Positions 1 through 9,356 of a DNA stretch of 31,429 nucleotides are shown here, piece by piece. The position numbers and the translations under genes are program-made. Below the pieces are notes generated by a model. The model worked only from the letters and a program-made list of their open reading frames with translations. It had not been told where the DNA came from and did not search any database. The first letter of the stretch is position 1, and every line of letters starts with the position of its first letter. The DNA is from Promethearchaeia archaeon (lineage in GTDB: Archaea > Asgardarchaeota > Lokiarchaeia > Sigyniarchaeales > SOKP01): assembly GCA_029856105.1 (NCBI GenBank), contig JAHQWH010000119.1, forward strand, positions 1 through 31,429, in the 5' to 3' direction.

Positions 1-105
1 ATCAGACTTATTTATATTAAGACTGAAGATAAAAAATATCACGAATGCTCGAAGGACGAAGTAGAGCAATTCCTAAATCTAATAAAGGAAGAACCTAAGA
101 CTTAA
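1..105 (+). CDS. 3' end of a gene truncated by the window edge; possibly a proteasome alpha subunit C-terminus
   Basis: Frame 1 is open from base 1 to TAA at 103-105 (IRLIYIKTEDKKYHECSKDEVEQFLNLIKEEPKT). The pattern resembles the last strand and helix of archaeal 20S alpha subunits, but only 34 aa are visible. Confidence 0.35.
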   Translation: MRLIYIKTEDKKYHECSKDEVEQFLNLIKEEPKT

Positions 106-165
106 ATTAAACTTCTTTTTAAAAATTCATAAAAGGTAGCTTCTTTATCAATTCAATTAAAATAA

Positions 166-963
166 TCATCCTTCCTTATTTTTAAATGATAATATGAACA
201 TATATAAAGAAATTGTTAAAAGTGGTAAATGCATGATGATTAACCACCAATAAATGAATATATTGAAAAAGATGAATGATACAGCAAGGATACTAAAATA
301 AATTCCAACAAAACTAGTAATTCTAATGGTAAACGTGTTGTAATTAGGATGTAAAAAGGAAAAGATTGCCAAGTATATGGGAGTAATGTTGCAGAATGCA
401 ATCATTGATTCGGAGGTAATGAAATATACTGGATTGAAATCAGGCATCGCATTACCATCCATTGGGAACCAATATGCTAAGACTGCGAGTGGAACAACCC
501 AATATTTCCAAATAGGCTGCTTTTCAAATTCATATTTTGTTTTATTACTAATCCCTTCATATAACCAAGAAATGGCAACAATTAAAATTAGAATCATGTT
601 ACTAAAAGGAATTACCAGCCCAAATTTCTCAGTAATCACGATATTCTGAAGAATTGCTGCTAGGAAGTAATTTATCGTAATAAATACGATGAAAACCCGA
701 ATAAACTTACCCTTAAAGATAAATAAACTAATAAAAAAAATTGTAATTAGAATATGAAATATAATTGAAAGGAAAGTATATGGTTTTAATCCTGTTGACA
801 AGACAAGAATTATTACGTCCATTCTTTCTTCTGCTAAGTAACCCTTTGAGGCATACACCGGAATAAAAAAGCCTATTAATATTAATATTAAATAAAACCA
901 CCATTTTTCAGTAAGTTGAATGAGTTTTTTATTATTATTATCATCAGTTGTTTTGCTATTCAA
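166..963 (-). CDS. Hypothetical polytopic membrane protein
   Basis: ORF is hydrophobic throughout (about 8-9 TM segments). GGTGAT at 973-968 followed 4 nt later by TTG at 963 suggests the start is 963, not the GTG at 972. Confidence 0.8.
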   Translation of the reverse strand: MNSKTTDDNNNKKLIQLTEKWWFYLILILIGFFIPVYASKGYLAEERMDVIILVLSTGLKPYTFLSIIFHILITIFFISLFIFKGKFIRVFIVFITINYFLAAILQNIVITEKFGLVIPFSNMILILIVAISWLYEGISNKTKYEFEKQPIWKYWVVPLAVLAYWFPMDGNAMPDFNPVYFITSESMIAFCNITPIYLAIFSFLHPNYNTFTIRITSFVGIYFSILAVSFIFFNIFIYWWLIIMHLPLLTISLYMFILSFKNKEG

Positions 964-1103
964 AACAATCACCCTTTTGATCTAATTATATGCAAAATAA
1001 AAAATAAGGTTTTAGAATGTTCCTTAAGTCTTTTAAAAATCGATCTTAATTACACTTGTTATTTAATTATACAGAATACTTAGCATTTAATTATTTTTAA
1101 AAG

Positions 1104-1120
1104 AAAAAAATAAAAAAAAA
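1104..1120 (-). terminator. Oligo-T terminator candidate after the UPF0182 gene
   Basis: T9-A-T7 on the minus strand immediately after the stop at 1123. Confidence 0.5.
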
Positions 1121-1122
1121 TA

Positions 1123-4100
1123 TTATTCAGTTACTTGTATTAAATTTTCTTGAGATTCGTAGATAATAGCACCATCGACAATCAAAGTCCATTTAAAGTA
1201 GATTATTACGTTTCCTTTCGTAGTGTTTAAAAATCCATTTAGGACTAAACCTTGACCAAAATACAATGTAGCATTTATTATTGTAAAATTTATTCCTGTA
1301 TAGACACCATCTATAAATGTAGTGTTTTCAATTGGATACATATCTGGAGGTAAAATTAAGCTATAATCGACATTAAGAGTAGTTGAGCTATATACAGATA
1401 GATTAACTTTAACATCCAATCCAGGTGCAGAGAAGTTAGTATCGTAATTTTGAAGAGTTATTTCGAAGTTTGCTGGATTATTCGGATAAGTCATAGTAGT
1501 TTCCATCTCAAAGTTATACGAAATTGAAACATTAGAAGTCGTTTCACCCGCTGTAAGGTTCAGATCGGCATACGCATCTTGAGCGTTTTCACCATAACCA
1601 ACATCTCTAATAAATGCTTCTACAAATCCGGCTAATTTTAGCTGTTGAAGGTTGCCAGCAGTGCTATATGTAGGGACATAATAATAGATTGACCCTCCAA
1701 GGGGGTATATCAAAGTATTTCCGTGTCTAGCACCTGAGATTAAAGAAAGCTCTTGCGTTGCTTCAGATCCATAAGTTTCTCTCGCTGTTTTAGGACCAAT
1801 TAAACTTTCATCGGAATCTCTTGTATAATAGAATATTGCTTCACCAAAATGAGCACCGTGTCTGACTACATATATTCCTGCGAGTAGTGTCGCTGTTTGA
1901 CCTTGATATTCAACCAAATCTAAACCAATATATTCAATTCCCTCACCTAAATCAGATTCTATGTAGAACAAATTACCATCTTCGGGTCTTTCGTGGAAAT
2001 CATCGCCTCTTTTCCATGTTTGAGCATTTGTTACGTGATATTTGTAATTCGCTTCTAATTGTAACTCAAATAAATCCTCTGGATAGCGTAATTGTGCTTC
2101 TAACCACTCTGGGGCTGGTTGCCAATCGTATTTTGTCAAATATATTTCCCAGAGAGGAGAAGTTGGGTCATTGTTAGGGTCTAAACTCGGATTTTCAATA
2201 AAAGTCATATCCCCACTTATTACATCAATTAAACTAACACCTAAAAATCTTAATATAGGGAATTGAGCATACGAACCTACATGGATTTGTGTATAAATCG
2301 AAACGGCATAATACATTTTACCTAGTGGGATATTAAAAACTAAGTAGGGATCACTGTCAATTTGTAATTGAGGAAGTAGTATCTGATGAACTCTATCTTT
2401 AACATTTCTATTAATCAAATAATCATGTTCACTTTCAAAAGCGTAAGCAAAAAGTCCTATGTTTATAGTTTTCCAAAACCCTTCCAAACCAGTAAGAGTT
2501 CCATCTGGTTCTCCCTCGTATGTAAACTGGTTATTAGGAATTCCTTCTGCCCACTCAGTATTAAGTAATATATCGGAGTCATAGGCGCCTAGAGCCCCCG
2601 TATCGGAATAACCTAAAGTTTGTTCGAGATATCGTGGACTTTCGCTTTCCCCAAAGAAAATCGGATAATTTTCAGTAATGTTGAAAGTAAAAATATCTGA
2701 CACATTTACTAAGTCACCCGTAAAGGTATCCATTGCTAAAAAGCCCTCAACATGATCGTATAATTCAGTATTAGTCTGGACAGCATCTCCAGCAATTTCT
2801 GAAAAACGTACCGTTTTAGGTGCAACCCAATATTCTTTATTATTTATATATACTATGTCTGAATCTGCTAAACCCTCGAATGTAGAACCGATTGACGCCG
2901 CTAAATATTGAACAGCAAAACTTTGATCAAATTGTCTAACTTGGGATACCATTAAAGCGTCGGAAGTTGTGGAAGATTCGGTAAAGTTCGAAATTGGACG
3001 TTCTTCAAACATATCTAAACCAGCACACGCCGAAGTCCATTCAATTTCTCTATTAAATTTTTTTATCCATTGTTGTTCTATCCACACTGCTGTATTGTTA
3101 AGGTTTAATGTCGGTCCAATACTGAATATTAAAGGGGTAAATGTGAAAGCAATTACGATTACTATGATATATATGATTTTTTTTTGTTTATGTCGTGAAA
3201 AAATGTAATTTGCCGAATCTTTTTCGAACTGCATTTTTCCATAAAGGTACATGAAAATTCCTAGAGATGTCATTGTTATGAAACCCAAAATAACGGCCCA
3301 TATTTGGATAATACCTATACCGTCTAAAGGGAGCGTTGCAACGAAAAAGAATCCAAGTCCGCATAGTAAACCAATTATTAAGAAAGCATTTGAAATCACA
3401 TAATAGTCGTTTTTACGTAAATATGTATTCTTCACTATGTTAAGAACCAATCTAAGAATTAATACTCCAAAAATAAAAGTCACTACTGGGAGAATTAGAT
3501 TTGAGTAAACAAAAATCGCTACAAAATTTGTGCTATTCGAATCAAATAAAACAGCAAACGCATCTAATATTATGTTTGGAGTAATTTGAATTTGACCGTT
3601 TTCAATCAAATAGATTGTCCAAGAAAAGCCACCGTTATTTACATCAAGTAGTAAACCTAATAGATAGAACATTACAAATCCAATCGTCCACCAAAACACT
3701 AATGCTTTTAACCTTGAGGGTTTTCCGAATCTTAGCTTAGTACCAATTATAGTTAACAAATTTCTTTCAGGTGGTAAACTCATTATAACAGATCCTATAA
3801 ATGCCCCTATTAATGCGGTTTTGTTAAATATAAAATTAGTAGACCACAAATTTAAGAAGAAAAAATCAAAGAAATCAATTCCACCCGCTTTATTTGAATA
3901 CAATTGAGCTTGAAGATTAATACTCCCGAACCAAGAGGGCCACCACCAGAAAATGGCCATCGATGTAATTATAGCAACAACTACAATAATCAGGAGAAAT
4001 AATCTTTTATACTTGCCTTTACCTTTAAATAGGTTGTAATTAAACCGAGCTTCTTTTACTATATTTGCATTTTGACAATCTTCACAATAATAGTTGAATT

Positions 4101-4131
4101 TTTTATGTTTCTCACACGATTTTTTTGCCAT
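1123..4131 (-). CDS. UPF0182 (COG1615) family membrane protein
   Basis: About 9 N-terminal TM helices, then family motifs in order: YPIFFGE, NRNVKDRV..LPQLQIDSDPYLV, LRYPEDLFELQ...YHVT, GNTLIYPLGGSIYYYVP. Confidence 0.9.
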   Translation of the reverse strand: MAKKSCEKHKKFNYYCEDCQNANIVKEARFNYNLFKGKGKYKRLFLLIIVVVAIITSMAIFWWWPSWFGSINLQAQLYSNKAGGIDFFDFFFLNLWSTNFIFNKTALIGAFIGSVIMSLPPERNLLTIIGTKLRFGKPSRLKALVFWWTIGFVMFYLLGLLLDVNNGGFSWTIYLIENGQIQITPNIILDAFAVLFDSNSTNFVAIFVYSNLILPVVTFIFGVLILRLVLNIVKNTYLRKNDYYVISNAFLIIGLLCGLGFFFVATLPLDGIGIIQIWAVILGFITMTSLGIFMYLYGKMQFEKDSANYIFSRHKQKKIIYIIVIVIAFTFTPLIFSIGPTLNLNNTAVWIEQQWIKKFNREIEWTSACAGLDMFEERPISNFTESSTTSDALMVSQVRQFDQSFAVQYLAASIGSTFEGLADSDIVYINNKEYWVAPKTVRFSEIAGDAVQTNTELYDHVEGFLAMDTFTGDLVNVSDIFTFNITENYPIFFGESESPRYLEQTLGYSDTGALGAYDSDILLNTEWAEGIPNNQFTYEGEPDGTLTGLEGFWKTINIGLFAYAFESEHDYLINRNVKDRVHQILLPQLQIDSDPYLVFNIPLGKMYYAVSIYTQIHVGSYAQFPILRFLGVSLIDVISGDMTFIENPSLDPNNDPTSPLWEIYLTKYDWQPAPEWLEAQLRYPEDLFELQLEANYKYHVTNAQTWKRGDDFHERPEDGNLFYIESDLGEGIEYIGLDLVEYQGQTATLLAGIYVVRHGAHFGEAIFYYTRDSDESLIGPKTARETYGSEATQELSLISGARHGNTLIYPLGGSIYYYVPTYSTAGNLQQLKLAGFVEAFIRDVGYGENAQDAYADLNLTAGETTSNVSISYNFEMETTMTYPNNPANFEITLQNYDTNFSAPGLDVKVNLSVYSSTTLNVDYSLILPPDMYPIENTTFIDGVYTGINFTIINATLYFGQGLVLNGFLNTTKGNVIIYFKWTLIVDGAIIYESQENLIQVTE

Positions 4132-4259
4132 GTAAAATCATTTTTTTTTTTTTACTTAAAATTAAAAAGTTAAAATTTTTTTAGATAATATAAAGCGTTA
4201 ATATAAAAGATAATCATTAATATTAAGAATTTTCTTTTTAGAAATAAAGGTACGCTCTG

Positions 4260-4655
4260 ATGGCCAAAAAGAAAAAAATTCGAGAGGAATTTGATGTAAT
4301 CTTCGCAAGCGGTAACGAAAAAGCGATTAAAAGAATGTTAGATAATTATCCTTGGTTACTTGACGAAGTTTCAAACGAGATGAAAGGTAACATAGGAGAA
4401 CAACAGCAAATTATCGCAGCATTAGGCGTAATGGAGGATGAGCTTGGAGGACCTGTTCCTTTAGACGAGATAATTTTTAGTTTAAGAATAGATTTCAATA
4501 TTCGTAAAACAGAAGAAGAAGTTCACGAAATTTTAAGTGGCACAGAAGATCTAAGTTTAGTTGGAAGAGAGGCAGACGGTTGGACTTTAACGCTTGAAGG
4601 GGGTAAAGTTTGCGACGATTTTCTAAATAGAACTTTAGGAAAAATTGAATTTTAA
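4260..4655 (+). CDS. Hypothetical protein with a probable C-terminal winged-helix domain
   Basis: ATG start. C-terminal half has a wHTH-like pattern (PVPLDEII...EEEVHEILS..EDLSLV....GWTLTLEG). Confidence 0.7.
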   Translation: MAKKKKIREEFDVIFASGNEKAIKRMLDNYPWLLDEVSNEMKGNIGEQQQIIAALGVMEDELGGPVPLDEIIFSLRIDFNIRKTEEEVHEILSGTEDLSLVGREADGWTLTLEGGKVCDDFLNRTLGKIEF

Positions 4656-4793
4656 TTAGTTTTGCTATTACAAATATTGAAAATAGAGCAACTTATTTAA
4701 CTCAAAAATGAATTTTAAAATTGTTATTGATACAATATATTTTACCTATAAGTGTTTTGTAATTAAAATAAATGCTTTAAATTTTACTCTAAT

Positions 4794-7700
4794 TTGATGA
4801 TTAAAATGGAAAAACGAGACGAAGATGAGGATAATAATCAAAAATTTAACGATAAAAATCCAGACCCAACAAAAGTAGCTTTCTTTTCTGATATGGGTAA
4901 TATGGAAGAAGAGATAGCTGTTGAAGCAATTGAATTAGTAACGCACGCATTATCGTTAATAGAAGCGCGTTTTTACGACGATAGCATTGAAATTTTACGT
5001 CAGGCAATTGGGTTATACGATCAAATTAATAAAATTGCAGAAGTTGACGCGTTAAATAATAAAATTTCCGAGATTTATTTATTAAAAGAACAATCTTTTA
5101 GGGAGATTGAATTAGAAACCGATACTATAATTGAAGCTTCTCAAGAAGAAGATCTTTTAGAACAGAACGGAGAGGAATTGTATAACCAAGCAGATTCCTT
5201 GATTATAGAGGCATTACAACTTGTAACAAACGAAAAGTTTGATGGAGCTCTTGATAAATATGACGAAGCAACAAAAATTCTCAAAAAATTAAGTAAAGAG
5301 CTTGAATTAAAAAAGCTAAGTGAACTGATTGAAGATTGTTTTAATAAAAAAGCAGAGTTTGTACGAATACATAAGAGTGAGCCTACTGGGGAGATTATTA
5401 CTTTAGAGCAAGATAGTGAAGGGTCATTATCGAAATTAGAAATAAAGGCACAACGAGTTAGAGCGTTTGAAGAATCTAAAAGGAAAGAAAATCAAATATC
5501 TAACCAAGCATATGAATTAATTGGAAAAGCAACAGAATTAAAAAAGTTACGACAGTATGATGAAGCAATAAGGTTATACGACGAGGGGCTTGCTTTATTT
5601 CAAGAAATCAATTGGAACAATGAAGTTAAAAAAATTAAAAACATGATGGAGCAAGTTGAAAGAGAGAAACAAAGATTTTTGGAAGAGGTTCAAAAAATCA
5701 AAGCAGAAGAAGAGCGAGCGGAAGAAACCAAAAAACAAAAAGAAACTGCTTTAATAGACAACGCGCAAGTTCAAGAGCAAATAAAATATCAAGCTCAAGC
5801 AGAAAAGTTGAGGGCACAATCTGAGAGAGAACAAGAAGAAACGACATTTCAAAATGAAATTGCTGAGATGGTAGATTATGCTGAAAAGTTAGCAAGAGAT
5901 TATGATTTAAGAGTTAAAAAGGCGATTAGAGGAGGAGAGCTATTTGAAGAATGCGTTTTTCCTGTGGTACTTAAGATTTACGATGAAGTAAGGGAAAAAG
6001 TGAAAGATAGAGGTTGGAAAGACCAAGCAGAATTGTATACTAACCAAATTAGGCATTATCGCGCACTTTTAGAAAAAGATAAGAATCTTCGCCAAATAGA
6101 ATTTCAGAAACGACAAAAACAAAAAGAATACGACGAAGCTTTAAAAATTAAAACAGAATCAACAATTGTTGAAGTAGATATCGCACAAAAAAAAGATTTT
6201 GAAGAACAGAGAAAACAAGAAGCTGAAGTTAAAAATTTTAGAGATATGATCGAAAATTTGGTGAATAGAGCAGAAAAAATTGCACGTGAATACAACACCG
6301 CTTTTAAAAAAGCTGTCAAAGAGGGTAATTTGAATATTGAATCAAAATATCCAAAAATAATTAAAATTTACACTAAGGCAAGAGATAGCGTTTTAGAAAA
6401 AGGTTGGAACGAGGATGCTGCTATTCTTTCAAGTCACATTAGAAAATATTCTGAATTGTTAGAAAAAGAAAAAAGAATAAGAGAATTAGAAGCTAAAAAA
6501 GAAGAAGAAAAGAAAACTTATGAAGAATTTCAAAAACTTCAAAGAAAGGAAATTGATACAGAGAAAATAAAAGAAATTGAAGCTCAAAAAGGAAAAGAAT
6601 TTGAAGAGGATAAATTTCAAAAAGAAATTACTGACTTAGTAGACAAAGCCGAGAGAATGGCGCGCGATTATGAAGTAGCCTTGAAAAAAGCAATAAGAGC
6701 TGGAAAACTTATAGAAAATTCACCATACAATAGAATAATTGAAATGTATACAAAGTTGCGAAATAAAGTTTTAACAAGAGGATGGACGGATCAAGCGTTA
6801 ATATATGCTAAACAAATTAAAAGTTATCATGAGAAATTAGAAAGTGATAAAAAATTACGTCAAATTGAACTTGAAAAAATTCAAAAGCAAAAAGAGTTTG
6901 AAGAATCACGGAAAGTAAAAGTGGAGGGGTTAACAGTTGATAAATTGAAAAACCTTGAAAGCTTATCAAAACAAGAACAGGACGAGGTGAAATTAGAAAG
7001 AGAAATCGATGATTTAGTAGACAATGCTGAAAAGTTAGCCCGAGAGTACGACTTAGCTATTAAGAGAGGGCAATTTGAAAAAGAGTGTCCTTATTTGATA
7101 ATTGCAGAATTATATAAAAAGATTAGAGAAAAAGTATATGCTCGAGGTTGGAAAGACGAGGCAGAAATATATGGTAATCAAATTAATAATTATCGTAAAA
7201 AATATGAAAGAGATAAACGGTTACGTGAATTAGAGGCTAAAAAAGTAGAAAAACAAAAGGACTTTGAAGATTCATTAAAAATAACTAAAGAAGTTAAGAA
7301 ACTTAAACTTCAAGAGATACAAGCAATTGAGGGTAAAGAAAGAGAAACTGATGGCTTATTGAACGAAGCTATGAAGCTTATTAATGAAACTGAAAACGAA
7401 GTAAGAAGCTATGAGTTGAGTTTAAAAAAAGATCTTTTATATTATGATAGTCCTTATGAAAAAGCAATTTCAAACTATGAAAAAGCTAGAAAATTATTCC
7501 AGAAAATAGGGTGGAAAGAAGAAGCACACCGATTAATAAGTACAATAACCTTCTATAAAGAAAAAAAAGTAAAAGATGATAATCTAAGATTACTTGAACA
7601 ACAAAAATTAGAAACATCTAAGGAAAAGTTGAAATATAAACCGAAAGAAGAAGTTTTTGCTCATGAAAATAAAATTATAGAATTTGAGAGGATAAAAGAA

Positions 7701-9287
7701 GCCACGACAAAAGAATCTGAGGAAATTTTTAACAATATCAATCGCGCCGAAAGATTGGCTCAGGAGTATGAAATTAAAAAGAAAAAAGGAATTATGAATA
7801 TTGAATCGCCATACGAAGAAATAATTAATATATATATGACGGCAAAAAAAGAATTTGAAAAGATCGGATGGAACGAACAAGCTAACCAAATAATCAACTC
7901 CATACGCCACTATCAAGAGAAGTCAAAAGCTGATAAAAGACTAAGAGCCTTGGAAACAGAAAGGATCTCAAAAGAAGAAGAAGAAATAAAGAAACGAAAA
8001 ATCGAAACATCTTTAGCAAGAGAAGCAGAAGCAGAGTTATTAAAACAAAAAGCTCAAGCCCTTGAACTAAAAAAAAAGCATGCGTTGGAATATGAATCCA
8101 AAAGAGATCAAGCTTTTAACTTTATGGATCTTGCAAAAAAGGAGTTCAAACAAAAGAATTTCGATAAAGCTGTAAAATTTTATCAGGAGAGCGAGAAAAT
8201 CTTTGTCGAGATCAACTGGTCCGAAGGTCAAAAAATGATTAAAGAGTCTATTAAAGTAATTAAGCTAAAAAAGGAAAGAATTGGACTAGAACAAAAGGTT
8301 GCCGAAAGGCAAAAAGCAGAGAAATTAAAACTTGAAGCTCAAATTGAAGATGAAATAATAAAAGCTAAGGATTTACAGACACTGCAACAAGATCAAAGGA
8401 GGCAAGAGTTTTTAACTATACAGAAGGAAAAAGAAAGAGAGAAAGAAATTTCAGAAAACGCTTATCACTTTTTAGAAGAAGGAACTAAATTGAAAAATAA
8501 AAAGAAATTTGAAGAAGCCTTTGAAAAGTATATTATGGGACGAAATTTATTTAAACAAATTGATTGGCAACACGAAGTTAGTCGAATAAACAACGATTTA
8601 CTATTTATTCTTAAAAAAGAAATGAAACAAACAGAAAAAATAAAAGCCATGCAACAGAAAAAAGTTGAAGAGAGAAAAGAGCTTGAAGTTTTATTAAATG
8701 AAGCAGAGAATAAACGAAAGGAACTCGATCAAATAAATAAAGAAGAAAAACGCAAACGGCGCGAGGAAATCGTTCAAAAAGAATTAGACGCAGCTAATGA
8801 CATCATAAAAGACCTTAAATATAACGAAGGAATATTAAAGTTAAAAAAAGTAATTAAGAAATTAGAAAAATTGAAACAAGACAAATTAATAAAGCAAATG
8901 AATAAACAAATTGAAGTTTTAGAAAATGCCAGTCAAGTACCTATTATTACAACAAGTGAACTCGAAAGGGGTGAAAATATTAATAAATTTGAATTAGCTT
9001 ATCACGCTTTAGATAACGCTCAAATCTCATTGTCAAATAATTTGTTTATGAAGGCAATTACAGAACTTAATGAAACGATATTTAATCTAAAAGAGACAAA
9101 AATTGGTATTAAATACATATCCTTAATAGAAAGTAAGGTAAATTCTTATAAAAAGGAATTAGATATTAAACCAGTTCAGGAACAGGAGATTGAGATTCCA
9201 AAAGACGAAACTGACGATATACGAACGAAAATTGCTTCTAGACGAGCTGAAAGGAGGAAAAAAATAAAAGAATTAATGTCGAAATAA
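4794..9287 (+). CDS. Giant all-helical repeat protein with TPR/MIT-like three-helix modules separated by E/K/R/Q-rich helical linkers
   Basis: 1497-aa ORF; real start may be ATG 4797 or 4806. Recurring AEklAReY...PY..ii..Y......GW...A......I..Y modules are visible by eye. Confidence 0.85.
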   Translation: MMIKMEKRDEDEDNNQKFNDKNPDPTKVAFFSDMGNMEEEIAVEAIELVTHALSLIEARFYDDSIEILRQAIGLYDQINKIAEVDALNNKISEIYLLKEQSFREIELETDTIIEASQEEDLLEQNGEELYNQADSLIIEALQLVTNEKFDGALDKYDEATKILKKLSKELELKKLSELIEDCFNKKAEFVRIHKSEPTGEIITLEQDSEGSLSKLEIKAQRVRAFEESKRKENQISNQAYELIGKATELKKLRQYDEAIRLYDEGLALFQEINWNNEVKKIKNMMEQVEREKQRFLEEVQKIKAEEERAEETKKQKETALIDNAQVQEQIKYQAQAEKLRAQSEREQEETTFQNEIAEMVDYAEKLARDYDLRVKKAIRGGELFEECVFPVVLKIYDEVREKVKDRGWKDQAELYTNQIRHYRALLEKDKNLRQIEFQKRQKQKEYDEALKIKTESTIVEVDIAQKKDFEEQRKQEAEVKNFRDMIENLVNRAEKIAREYNTAFKKAVKEGNLNIESKYPKIIKIYTKARDSVLEKGWNEDAAILSSHIRKYSELLEKEKRIRELEAKKEEEKKTYEEFQKLQRKEIDTEKIKEIEAQKGKEFEEDKFQKEITDLVDKAERMARDYEVALKKAIRAGKLIENSPYNRIIEMYTKLRNKVLTRGWTDQALIYAKQIKSYHEKLESDKKLRQIELEKIQKQKEFEESRKVKVEGLTVDKLKNLESLSKQEQDEVKLEREIDDLVDNAEKLAREYDLAIKRGQFEKECPYLIIAELYKKIREKVYARGWKDEAEIYGNQINNYRKKYERDKRLRELEAKKVEKQKDFEDSLKITKEVKKLKLQEIQAIEGKERETDGLLNEAMKLINETENEVRSYELSLKKDLLYYDSPYEKAISNYEKARKLFQKIGWKEEAHRLISTITFYKEKKVKDDNLRLLEQQKLETSKEKLKYKPKEEVFAHENKIIEFERIKEATTKESEEIFNNINRAERLAQEYEIKKKKGIMNIESPYEEIINIYMTAKKEFEKIGWNEQANQIINSIRHYQEKSKADKRLRALETERISKEEEEIKKRKIETSLAREAEAELLKQKAQALELKKKHALEYESKRDQAFNFMDLAKKEFKQKNFDKAVKFYQESEKIFVEINWSEGQKMIKESIKVIKLKKERIGLEQKVAERQKAEKLKLEAQIEDEIIKAKDLQTLQQDQRRQEFLTIQKEKEREKEISENAYHFLEEGTKLKNKKKFEEAFEKYIMGRNLFKQIDWQHEVSRINNDLLFILKKEMKQTEKIKAMQQKKVEERKELEVLLNEAENKRKELDQINKEEKRKRREEIVQKELDAANDIIKDLKYNEGILKLKKVIKKLEKLKQDKLIKQMNKQIEVLENASQVPIITTSELERGENINKFELAYHALDNAQISLSNNLFMKAITELNETIFNLKETKIGIKYISLIESKVNSYKKELDIKPVQEQEIEIPKDETDDIRTKIASRRAERRKKIKELMSK
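5500..8620 (+). repeat. Nine degenerate protein-level repeats of 116-134 aa within the giant ORF
   Basis: In-frame TGG codons of the (G/N/D)W motif at 5613, 6015, 6405, 6783, 7149, 7512, 7869, 8217 and 8565. Outer boundaries are approximate. Confidence 0.85.
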
Positions 9288-9356
9288 AAAAATCTCATTT
9301 TAAATTATTTTATAAAATTAGAATTTTAAAAAAGAAAAAAGAAAAAAGTTTAATTT

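Noticed and set aside
9205-9287. C-terminal DETDDIRTKIASRR of the giant protein as an ESCRT-III MIM1-like motif
   Set aside because: It lacks the final conserved Leu of (D/E)xxLxxRLxxL(K/R) and is too weak against a charged helical background.
4794-9287. Giant coiled-coil protein as SMC/Rad50 or a phage tape-measure protein
   Set aside because: No Walker A/B, signature, hinge or Zn-hook motifs, and no viral genes nearby.
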